From the NCBI GenBank assembly GCA_963735805.1, contig CAVTMK010000002.1, positions 832,001 to 896,000 on the forward strand: a stretch of 64,000 nt of DNA, given 5' to 3'. The DNA is from an uncultured Verrucomicrobiae bacterium. GTDB lineage: Bacteria; Verrucomicrobiota; Verrucomicrobiia; Chthoniobacterales; UBA10450. The position numbers were made by a program, and so were the translations under genes. Below are positions 47,920 to 56,706 of this stretch, one piece after another; the first letter of the stretch is position 1, and each line of letters begins with the position of its first letter. A model generated the notes under the pieces. It searched no databases and was not told the DNA's origin. It saw only the letters and a list, made by a program, of their open reading frames with translations.

Positions 47920-49254
47920 ATGGCCCGCAAACCCAAAGATCGGCATCGGTTTTCGTTTGAAGGCAGGATCACCTGGCTCACGCTTGCTGCGGTCTTCCCC
48001 GCAATAGTTGTTGCGCTTGGTCTTCTTTGGCTCGGTGACTATAGCGGAAAAGTGCAATGGACGTTAACGATTCTCATTGTTGGTTGTCTTCTTGCGTTCA
48101 TTTCCAGCGCTCGCGAACACACCATTCGCCCCCTTCAAACCATGTCCAATCTGCTGGCGGCACTACGCGAGGGCGATTACTCGATCCGTGCACGCGGCGC
48201 TCGCGAAGGTAGCGCATTGGGAGAAGTGCTTCTGGAAGTTAATTCGCTCGGCGAAACGTTACGTCAACAGCGCCTCGGCGCCTTCGAAGCTACCGCACTG
48301 TTGCGCACGATCATGAGTGAAATCGATGTCGCAGTTTTCACCTTCGATCCCAAACGGCGTTTGCGGCTGGTCAATCGCGCCGGCGAAACTTTGCTAGGCC
48401 AGCCAATGGACAAATTGTTGGGCAAAACAGCAAACGAACTGGCCCTCGACCGATGCCTTGAGGCTGACGAAGATGAACCGCTGACTTTGAATTTCGCCGG
48501 GGGCTCAGGTCGGTGGGGTGTCCGGCGGAGTACGTTTCGCGAAGAGGGTTTGCCGTACGACCTGCTCGTTTTGACGGATCTTAGTCGCACGCTGCGCGAA
48601 GAGGAGCGTCAGGCCTGGCAACGAATCGTGCGTGTCCTTGGCCATGAGATGAACAACTCATTGGCGCCCATCAAATCACTCGCGGCCAGCTTGGAATCAC
48701 TTATGCGACGCGACCCTCTCCCTCCGGATTGGAAAGATGATGCGAGTGCCGGATTGAACTCTATTGCGTCCCGGGCCGATTCGCTTAGCCGTTTCCTGAA
48801 AGCCTACACGCGGTTGACAAAGCTTCCGCCACCCCAAAAGCAGGATGTCGATCTTGGTGAGCTGGTTCAGCGTGTCGTCGACTTGGAACCGAGGCTCAAG
48901 GTGAAGGTTATCCCCGGTGCAAAAACAGTGATTCGCGCGGACGCAGCGCAGATTGAGCAAGCATTAATCAATCTGGTCCATAACGCGGTTGATGCGGCCC
49001 TTGAAACAAACGGCAACGTTGTGATCCAGTGGAGTGAGAAAGACGATCTGGTCGACGTCGTTGTTCAAGACGAAGGCCCTGGGATTATGAATCCTGGGAA
49101 TCTATTCGTGCCGTTTTTCACCACAAAGTCCGACGGTTCGGGAATCGGTCTGCCGCTGAGTCGTCAAATCGCCGAAGCCCATGGCGGCTCGTTGGTGCTA
49201 ACAAATCGGGAACGTGGCAAGGGCGCGGAAGCTTTGCTGCGCTTGCCACTCTAA
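47920..49254 (+). CDS. Sensor histidine kinase (2 TM, HAMP, PAS-like, HisKA, HATPase)
   Basis: Two TMs with a short loop, HEMNNSL, NAVDA, PFFTTK..GSGIGL. Confidence 0.93.
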   Translation: MARKPKDRHRFSFEGRITWLTLAAVFPAIVVALGLLWLGDYSGKVQWTLTILIVGCLLAFISSAREHTIRPLQTMSNLLAALREGDYSIRARGAREGSALGEVLLEVNSLGETLRQQRLGAFEATALLRTIMSEIDVAVFTFDPKRRLRLVNRAGETLLGQPMDKLLGKTANELALDRCLEADEDEPLTLNFAGGSGRWGVRRSTFREEGLPYDLLVLTDLSRTLREEERQAWQRIVRVLGHEMNNSLAPIKSLAASLESLMRRDPLPPDWKDDASAGLNSIASRADSLSRFLKAYTRLTKLPPPQKQDVDLGELVQRVVDLEPRLKVKVIPGAKTVIRADAAQIEQALINLVHNAVDAALETNGNVVIQWSEKDDLVDVVVQDEGPGIMNPGNLFVPFFTTKSDGSGIGLPLSRQIAEAHGGSLVLTNRERGKGAEALLRLPL

Positions 49255-49270
49255 CCCCTTTGTAAGAACT

Positions 49271-49308
49271 GTCCCAAAGTCGGGACGGCGCCGTCCCACA
49301 ACCCGGAC
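49271..49308. promoter_or_regulatory. Putative bEBP enhancer (UAS) pair 2
   Basis: GTCCC-N6-GGGAC (49271, perfect inverted repeat) and GTCCC-N6-CGGAC (49293), 22 bp apart. Confidence 0.7.
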
Positions 49309-49385
49309 TGGTCGGACTCAGTCATAATTTACTAAATTAAGTTAAGTCTCTCTACCTGCGCATATTACGCTGTACTTCGCGCAGT

Positions 49386-49401
49386 TGGCACGAACATTGC
49401 A
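49386..49401 (+). promoter_or_regulatory. Sigma54 -24/-12 promoter 2
   Basis: TGGCACG-AACA-TTGCA, a perfect consensus match; AT-rich tract (49324-49346) between the UAS and the promoter. Confidence 0.85.
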
Positions 49402-49426
49402 ATAACTGGTGCCAGCAAAACAAAAA

Positions 49427-49705
49427 ATGAAGTCGATCTCCATAATTGTTGGCAAGAGCAGCAGGTTCCCGCTGGTCGACTGCAATTATCGCCCGATGAC
49501 GCTTGACGGATATCGGGGACGTCGCGTCAGAACCGAGGCGCCGCGTTTTCGGAATATCAGCGGCCAGTATTTTCAAAACGAAGCGCGGTACGATTTTCTG
49601 GTAGAAGCAGTTTGTTTCGCAGTCATCATCATCACTGCAGCCGTGCCGCTGGTAAGCGCGGCAAATGCAGTGGTCGAACTTTGTCGGGCATTTGTTCAGG
49701 TTTGA
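49427..49705 (+). CDS. Small membrane protein B (92 aa)
   Basis: MKSISII...FRNISGQYFQNEARYDFLVEAVCFAVIIITAAVPLV...; first ORF after promoter 2. Confidence 0.65.
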   Translation: MKSISIIVGKSSRFPLVDCNYRPMTLDGYRGRRVRTEAPRFRNISGQYFQNEARYDFLVEAVCFAVIIITAAVPLVSAANAVVELCRAFVQV

Positions 49706-49784
49706 TTCAACCATGGTTCCTCAGCGAAAATCAAAAGAAGAAACAATTGTGCGGCCGGCCGGATTTACATCGAATCTTTCCTCT

Positions 49785-51038
49785 ATGGACGTACCGCGCG
49801 TAGGTATAGCGGCGAAGAAGCGCAAACGCCGCATCATCATAATCGCTGTCTCCGCGCTTGGTTTGATTCTGGCGACGATAGCCATTTCGCGGCTGAAGCC
49901 AGCAGTGCCCAGCATCGACCGCTCGACCGTCTGGATCGATACCGTTAAACGCGGCCCAATGACGCGCCAGGTACGCGGGCTCGGCACACTCGTGCCGGAG
50001 GATATTCGCTGGATCGCTGCAAACACGGAAGGGCGGGTAGAAAAAATTAATATATGGCCCGGCACACCTGTGGAGCCGGACTCGGTGATTTTGGAATTAA
50101 ACAGCCCCGAATTAGAGCAAGCCGCGCATGACGCGGAATCAAAAGCCACCGCAGCGGAGGCGGACCTAACAAGCGTTCGCGCGACTTTGCAGCGCGAATT
50201 ACTCGATCAGGAATCGAAAACAACCGCCGCGCATGCCGCCTACGAGCAAGCGAACATGGAGCGCCAAACGAATGATCGGCTGGCAAAGAATGGTTTGATT
50301 GCCGAGCTCGACTACAAGAAGTCGAAGATTAAGGAAGAGGAATGCCAGAAGAGCGATGAGATCGAGCAAAAACGCCTGGCATTTTCGCGCGATTCGATCG
50401 AGCCGCAGCTCGCCTCGAAACAAGCCGCAGTCGACCAAGCGAAGCAGCTTGCGAAGCTGAAGCTCGACCAGGTTGAGGCGTTGCACGTCAAAGCCGGAAT
50501 GTCTGGCGTGTTGCAGCAATTGCCGGTGCAAATCGGCCAGCGACTCAAGATAGGAGACAATCTCGCGCGCGTGGCCGATCCAACAAAATTGAAAGCGCAA
50601 GTCAAAATCGCTGAGACGCAGGCGAAAGATATTCAAATTAATCAAAAAGCTGTGATTGATACCCGCAACGGTACCGTCAAGGGTCACGTGACGCGCGTCG
50701 ATCCCGCAGTCGAGCAGGGAACAGTTACCGTCGACGTTGCTTTTGATGAGGCGCTGCCGAAAGGCGCGCGCCCCGATCTTAGCGTGGATGGAACGATCGA
50801 GCTCGAACATCTGGATGACGTGATTTATGTGGGGCGACCGGCATTCGGACAGGAAAACAACACCGTCGGAATGTTTAAACTCATCAATGGCAACGGGGAA
50901 GCGGCGCGCACGCCGGTTAAACTTGGTAAAAGCTCGGTCAACACAATTGAGATTCTAAGCGGCCTCCAACCGGGAGATCAGGTGATTCTCTCAGATACCA
51001 GCGCCTGGGATGGGCACGAACGCATTCGACTCAACTAA
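49785..51038 (+). CDS. HlyD/MacA-family periplasmic adaptor
   Basis: Basic N-terminus + TM, VRGLGTLVP, long coiled coil, LPKGARPDLSVDG; start re-called at MDVPR. Confidence 0.9.
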   Translation: MDVPRVGIAAKKRKRRIIIIAVSALGLILATIAISRLKPAVPSIDRSTVWIDTVKRGPMTRQVRGLGTLVPEDIRWIAANTEGRVEKINIWPGTPVEPDSVILELNSPELEQAAHDAESKATAAEADLTSVRATLQRELLDQESKTTAAHAAYEQANMERQTNDRLAKNGLIAELDYKKSKIKEEECQKSDEIEQKRLAFSRDSIEPQLASKQAAVDQAKQLAKLKLDQVEALHVKAGMSGVLQQLPVQIGQRLKIGDNLARVADPTKLKAQVKIAETQAKDIQINQKAVIDTRNGTVKGHVTRVDPAVEQGTVTVDVAFDEALPKGARPDLSVDGTIELEHLDDVIYVGRPAFGQENNTVGMFKLINGNGEAARTPVKLGKSSVNTIEILSGLQPGDQVILSDTSAWDGHERIRLN

Positions 51039-51057
51039 TCAGAAATCAGTAATCAGT
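51037..51057. repeat. Heptamer tandem repeat (AATCAG[AT]) x3
   Basis: AATCAGA AATCAGT AATCAGT in the adaptor-ATPase spacer. Confidence 0.55.
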
Positions 51058-51066
51058 AACTCGATC

Positions 51067-51765
51067 ATGAACAACGGCTCAGATGCTCTTATACGACTAA
51101 GCAGCGTAACAAAGGTCTTCCTCACTGACGAGGTAGAGACCCATGCACTATCCGGAATCCACCTCGATATTCGGCCTGGCGAATATGTTTCGATCGCTGG
51201 ACCATCGGGCTGCGGCAAGACGACCTTGCTATCAATTCTCGGACTGCTCGATACTCCTTCCGACGGCAGCTACTCACTGAAAGGCCACGAAGTTGCCAAT
51301 CTTTCGTTCGCAGATCGCGCCCGCATTCGCAATCGCGAAATCGGCTTCATTTTTCAAAGCTTCAATCTGATAGGTGATCTCAGTGTGTTTGAGAACGTCG
51401 AGTTACCGCTGACTTATCGCGGAATGGCCGCCAGCGAGCGGAAGTCGTTTGTTACAGGAGCTCTGGAGCGTGTAGGCATGGCGCATCGCGCAAAGCATTT
51501 GCCAAGTCAGCTCTCCGGCGGCCAACAACAACGCGTGGCTGTTGCTAGGGCGCTCGCGGGCAGGCCGGCCATTTTGTTGGCCGACGAACCGACGGGCAAT
51601 CTTGATTCGCGCAACGGCGAAGCGGTGATGCACTTGCTCAAGGAATTGCACGAGAACGGAGCCACAATCTGCATGGTGACGCATGACGAACGTTTCGCGC
51701 AACATGCCGATCGCACGGTCCACTTATTTGATGGCCGTGTGGTAGAAGACAGAATCGCAGCCTGA
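51067..51765 (+). CDS. ABC transporter ATP-binding protein (LolD/MacB-like)
   Basis: GPSGCGKT, FIFQSFNL, LSGGQQQR, LLADEPTGNLD, VTHD. Confidence 0.96.
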   Translation: MNNGSDALIRLSSVTKVFLTDEVETHALSGIHLDIRPGEYVSIAGPSGCGKTTLLSILGLLDTPSDGSYSLKGHEVANLSFADRARIRNREIGFIFQSFNLIGDLSVFENVELPLTYRGMAASERKSFVTGALERVGMAHRAKHLPSQLSGGQQQRVAVARALAGRPAILLADEPTGNLDSRNGEAVMHLLKELHENGATICMVTHDERFAQHADRTVHLFDGRVVEDRIAA

Positions 51766-51771
51766 GGCTGT

Positions 51772-54238
51772 ATGAACGATGTAAAATTCGCGCTACGCCA
51801 ACTCCGCAAGTCACCCGGATTTACGGCTATCGCGATCATTACGCTCGCCCTGGGCATCGGCGCCAACACTGCGATTTTCAGCGTCATCAATTCTGTGCTC
51901 CTGCGGCCCCTGCCTTATCCGCAACCGCAGCGCCTCGTGCTCATTCGCGAGCGCACGAATATCTTCGATTCCGGTTCGGTTAGCCTGGCGAATTATCTTG
52001 ATTGGCGTGCCAGCCAGCGCGGTTTCACTGATCTCGCTATGTTCCGCCGCGATGATGCGAATCTGTCCGGCGCCAGCAGCGATGTCGAAGCGGAGCGCGT
52101 CGGCTCTGCGCGCGTGACATACAATTTTCTTTCTATTCTTGGCGTTCAGCCGGAACTGGGACGCGATTTCCGTGAATCAGACGATGTGCCGCATTGCAAG
52201 AAAGTCGCGCTCATTTCCGATGCATTATGGAAACGCCGCTTCGGCGGTTCGCACGGCATCGTCGGGCAATCCATTACGCTTGATGGCGTGCAACGCGAAA
52301 TCATCGGCGTGTTTCCAGCAAACGTTCAGTTGCCGAGAAAAGCGCAGGTTTACGTTCCGCTGGAAGACTTGCGCGCAGACAAGGATTACCTGGACCGCGC
52401 GAATCATCCTGGATTCTCGGCGCTCGGCCGGCTCAAACCGAATGTGACACTTGCCCAGGCGACGGCTGATTTGAATAACATCGCCGCGGAGCTCGAACGT
52501 CGTTATCCAGATTCCAACACTGGACGTCGCATTACCGCGCTGATCCTTCTCGATTCTGCGGTGAAGGATTACAAACAAGGCGTGACACTCCTTCTGGCGG
52601 CAGTCGGCTGCGTGCTTCTCATCGCCTGCGCCAACGTCGCAAACATGCAGCTGGCGCGCTCGCTCGGTCGCGAACGCGAACTGGCTGTGCGCGCCGCTCT
52701 TGGCGCGAGCCGACGCCAACTCGCGAAGCAAGTGTTTATCGAAAGCGCGATTCTGGCTGTGTTTGGAGCCATCGCGGGCGTCCTTCTCGCGCTTTGGGGG
52801 CTCGACGCTATCAAGGCAATTGCGCCGGACAGCTCCGCCAGTTTTGCTCCTTCTGATGCAACTCGTTTCCAGGAAGCGAATCTCGATTTGAGAGTACTCT
52901 GCGTTCACCGCGGTGGCCGCGATTGGTGCCGGCCTGCTGGTCGGCATTTGGCCAGCACTGCGAGTCTCCCGCACAGCCTCGCTCACGCTTTCTCTGCACG
53001 AAGGCGGCCGCGGGGCCAGCGGTAGCGCACAGCGTCAGCGTGTGCGATCGGGACTGGTCGTGGCGCAGGTCGCCCTGGCGTTGCTCCTGTTGCTCGGTGC
53101 GGGATTAACCCTTAAAAGTTTTCGCAACGCGCAAAACGCGCCGCTCGGATTCAACCCGGAAAATATTTTGGTGGCGGACGTTCTGTTGCCGAGGGCGCGC
53201 TACGACACGGACGAAAAGATCACGCGTTTTAATGATAGGCTTGTCGAACGAATTCGCTCGCTTCCCGGCGTCGAAGCGACGGCACTCGGTTTGAACATCC
53301 CCTTTGATAACAACGAGTGGGATAGTTCCTTTCACCTGACCGGCACACCGCCATATCCGCCTGGCGAAAGACCGGAAGCGGAAGTAAATGTCGTAACGCC
53401 CGATTATTTTCGTCTGATGGGGATGCCGCTGTTGCGCGGACGCGCCTTCAGTGGGGATGATCGCGCCGGCCGCCCGCGATCGGTCATCATCGACGAAACG
53501 CTTGCGCAAAAATATTTTTCCGGCAAAGACCCCATCGGCCAGCAGATTGATGACAACCAGTCAGACGAAAAAAATCCGCCTCCGTTGACAATTGTGGGCG
53601 TGGTTCCGCGCACGCGCAACGAAGCCCCCGGCGAAGATAATGTCGAGCAATATCACTGGCCGCAAATGACCTTCGCCGCGGACCAGGTGCCGAACCGCAG
53701 CAACATGCTCCTGGTGCGGGTAAAATCGGGAAATCCACACGCGCTCGTGCCAGCAATCAAACACGAACTCCACGAGCTCGACCCAGACCAAGCCTTTGCC
53801 GGCATCTCGACGATGGAGAGCAACATCGCCAAACGTCTTGGCTCCCGTCGCATGATGATGTCGCTGCTCAGCGAGTTCGCCGCGATCGCCCTGGTTCTGG
53901 CCAGTGTCGGATTGTATGGAGTGATGGCACTGACAGTGACCCAGCGCACACGCGAACTGGGTGTCCGTCTCGCGCTCGGCGCGCAACGCGCAGATGTCTT
54001 CCGCCTCGTTCTGTCGCAGGGAATGTTGCTCGTCCTTGCCGGCCTGACCATCGGATTGCTCGGGGCGGTTGGTGCAGGTCGCGGATTGCAAAGCGTGTTG
54101 TACGGCGTCGGCGGATTCGACGTGTCGGCATTGAGCTTCGCTTTGCTGGCGCTCGCCGTAGTCGCGCTTATCGCCTGCTGGTTGCCGGCACGCCGCGCCA
54201 CCCGCGTCGACCCGATTCAAGCACTACGTGCCGAATGA
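51772..54238 (+). pseudogene. ADOP/MacB-FtsX duplicated ABC permease 1, with a 1-nt insertion near 52900
   Basis: Split ORFs 51772-53025 and 52913-54238. Removing T52900 restores LDLRVLAFTAVAAIGAG and a ~820-aa permease like its neighbours. Confidence 0.88.
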
Positions 54239-54239
54239 C

Positions 54240-56705
54240 ATGAATGATTTGAAGTTTGCTTTGCGCCAGCTCCGCAAATCACCTGCATTCACTTTGATTG
54301 CTGTCGTGACGCTCGCACTCGGCATCGGTGCCAATACTGCCATCTTCTCCGTCGTGGAAGGCGTGCTTCTCCGTCCGCTGCCTTTCCCGCGCGCTGAGCA
54401 ACTCGTTAGGATCTACGAAGCCCTGGATGAAAATGGTGCGCGTTCGGCGTCGCTGAATCTGAGCGATCGCACGGTCGCGCGGTTCCGTGAGTTCGGCCGC
54501 GAGGTTTTCGAAGATGTTGCTGGTGGGACCGGCGGCGCTGCAGTCGTTGGCGTGACAGGCAGTTCGCCTGTTCAGACGGTTCCTGCCGCGCGGATCACTT
54601 CGAACTTTTTCGATGTGCTAGGATTGCTGCCAGCGCAGGGTCGGAATTTCACCGTAGAAGAAGGTCTCGATGAAAATGCGAACGTCGCAATCGTCAGCGA
54701 CGACTTTTGGCGCAGCGCGCTGAACTCGCGCCGAGACGTGCTCGGCAGCACGATTGTGATCGACGGAACACCGCGCATGATCATCGGGGTGATGCCGAAA
54801 GCATTCCGGCATCCCTATCGCGCGAATCTGTGGCTACCCCTTGCGCTTCAGCCCGACAATCCGGCGGCGATTAACAACCATTATCTTTATGGCGTTGCGC
54901 GACTGCGTCCGGGCGTTACTCCTGCGAAAGCAGAAGAGGCAGTGAAGCGCATGTGCGCGGCAATCAATCGCAACGATCCGAATCCGGCAAATGCGCGTTC
55001 TGCCTACATGCCGCCCCTGCGCGAAAGCTTCGTAATGGATTTGCGGCCAAAAATTTTAGTGATCGTCGGCGCTGCGATGTGCGCACTCTTGATTGCTGCG
55101 GTGAACTTTGCCGGTCTGCTGCTGACTCGCGTCATCGAACGGGAAGGGGAGTTTGCCTTGCATGCTGCGCTCGGGGCGAGCAGAAAACGACTCGTCAGGC
55201 AACAGCTGATTCAGGCGGTCTTGCTCGCTTCCATCGGGACCGCACTGGGTCTGCTCATTGCATTGTGGATTACTCCAATGCTATTCGCGCTTAGCCCCGA
55301 AGGCGCGGACGCAACCGGCAGCGCAATGCGTGAATTCGATTACGCCGCTCGGCTCGATCTGCCGGTCTTCGTTTTCGCTACTGGGGTACTCGCGCTCGTG
55401 GGTTTGGGTTTCGGTTTGTTGCCTGCCGCGCGTGCATCGCGGACTGATTTACGCAAAGCGATGAGCGTTACCTCACGAGGGGCAACACTGGACCGAAATG
55501 CGCGCAGATTGCTCGGCTCATTCGTCGTCATCGAACTCGCGATTGCCGCTGCGCTCCTAACCGCGAGCGTGACCGCGACGCAGTACTTTCGGAGGCTGAT
55601 CGACGAGCCGTGGGGCTTCGAAACGAAAGCTCGCCTCGCCTTCAACGTCACAGTTCCAGATCGATTCTTCCCCACAGCCGTCGCGAAACAGAACGCGCTT
55701 GAACATTCTCTCGCGCAGCTGCAGGCATTGCCTGGCGTCAAATCGGCCACTGTCGTTTCGCCGTCGCCGATGGACGCGTCGTGGACGTTGATGCTCTTCA
55801 ACGTCGAAAGCGCGCCTGCACCGGAGCCGCGCGGCATGTACACGGCGTATTCGCGCGTGCCAGTGTCCGGTTATTTCCAGGACATGGGCCAGCCGGTGTT
55901 GCAAGGTCGCGATTTTAATGCGAGCGACTCTGCCGACGCGCCCCTCGTCTGCATCATTAGCCAGAGTATCGCAAAACGCTTTTGGCCTAACGAATCGCCG
56001 ATCGGTAAACGCGTCCGGTGGGGACGACTCGATGGAACTCGCCCGTGGTTCACGATCGTGGGCGTAGTCGGCGATATGAAAGCGATCGCCGACCCACGTG
56101 ATGGCGAAGTGCTCGGTATGATCGCGCGGCCGCTCGCACAAATGCTCGTGTACGCGACGACACAGCTTGACGATATCACCTTCGTCCTGCACACCAACGG
56201 CCGCTCGGTGAACGAGCCGACGATCCGCGCTGCGGTGGCACGCGCCAATTCTAATCTCGCGGTGTATAATTTTCTGTCGCTCGAAGATGCCGCCGCGCGC
56301 TCGCGTACCACCGAGAGGTTCATCTTCGTTCTTGTCTCATCTTTCGGATTCATCGGGCTCGTGCTTGGTGCCGTCGGTTTGTATGGCCTTCTCGCGCTTC
56401 AGGTCGCCCGCCGCGAACGCGAGTTCGGCATCCGTAGTGCACTCGGCGCCACCGCGCGTCAGATAATGCAGCTCGTCGCAGGACAAGGCGCAATTTTGCT
56501 TTTGTTAGGCTTCACTGCCGGCGCGCTCACGACGTACGGAGTCGTGCGCTTGCTACGAAGTCAATGGACTGAAATGCCCACGCCGAATCTGATCGCGTGC
56601 ATTTGCGCCGCGATGGTGCTTGGCGTCGCCGTGATGATCGCGTGCTGGTTACCGGCACGCCGTGCTGCGCGTGTTGATCCTGTTATTGCACTACGCGCCG
56701 AGTGA
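54240..56705 (+). CDS. ADOP/MacB-FtsX duplicated ABC permease 2
   Basis: MNDLKFALRQL..TLALGIGANTAIFS; two MacB-PCD + FtsX halves; PARRAARVDPVIALRAE. Confidence 0.93.
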   Translation: MNDLKFALRQLRKSPAFTLIAVVTLALGIGANTAIFSVVEGVLLRPLPFPRAEQLVRIYEALDENGARSASLNLSDRTVARFREFGREVFEDVAGGTGGAAVVGVTGSSPVQTVPAARITSNFFDVLGLLPAQGRNFTVEEGLDENANVAIVSDDFWRSALNSRRDVLGSTIVIDGTPRMIIGVMPKAFRHPYRANLWLPLALQPDNPAAINNHYLYGVARLRPGVTPAKAEEAVKRMCAAINRNDPNPANARSAYMPPLRESFVMDLRPKILVIVGAAMCALLIAAVNFAGLLLTRVIEREGEFALHAALGASRKRLVRQQLIQAVLLASIGTALGLLIALWITPMLFALSPEGADATGSAMREFDYAARLDLPVFVFATGVLALVGLGFGLLPAARASRTDLRKAMSVTSRGATLDRNARRLLGSFVVIELAIAAALLTASVTATQYFRRLIDEPWGFETKARLAFNVTVPDRFFPTAVAKQNALEHSLAQLQALPGVKSATVVSPSPMDASWTLMLFNVESAPAPEPRGMYTAYSRVPVSGYFQDMGQPVLQGRDFNASDSADAPLVCIISQSIAKRFWPNESPIGKRVRWGRLDGTRPWFTIVGVVGDMKAIADPRDGEVLGMIARPLAQMLVYATTQLDDITFVLHTNGRSVNEPTIRAAVARANSNLAVYNFLSLEDAAARSRTTERFIFVLVSSFGFIGLVLGAVGLYGLLALQVARREREFGIRSALGATARQIMQLVAGQGAILLLLGFTAGALTTYGVVRLLRSQWTEMPTPNLIACICAAMVLGVAVMIACWLPARRAARVDPVIALRAE

Positions 56706-56706
56706 T

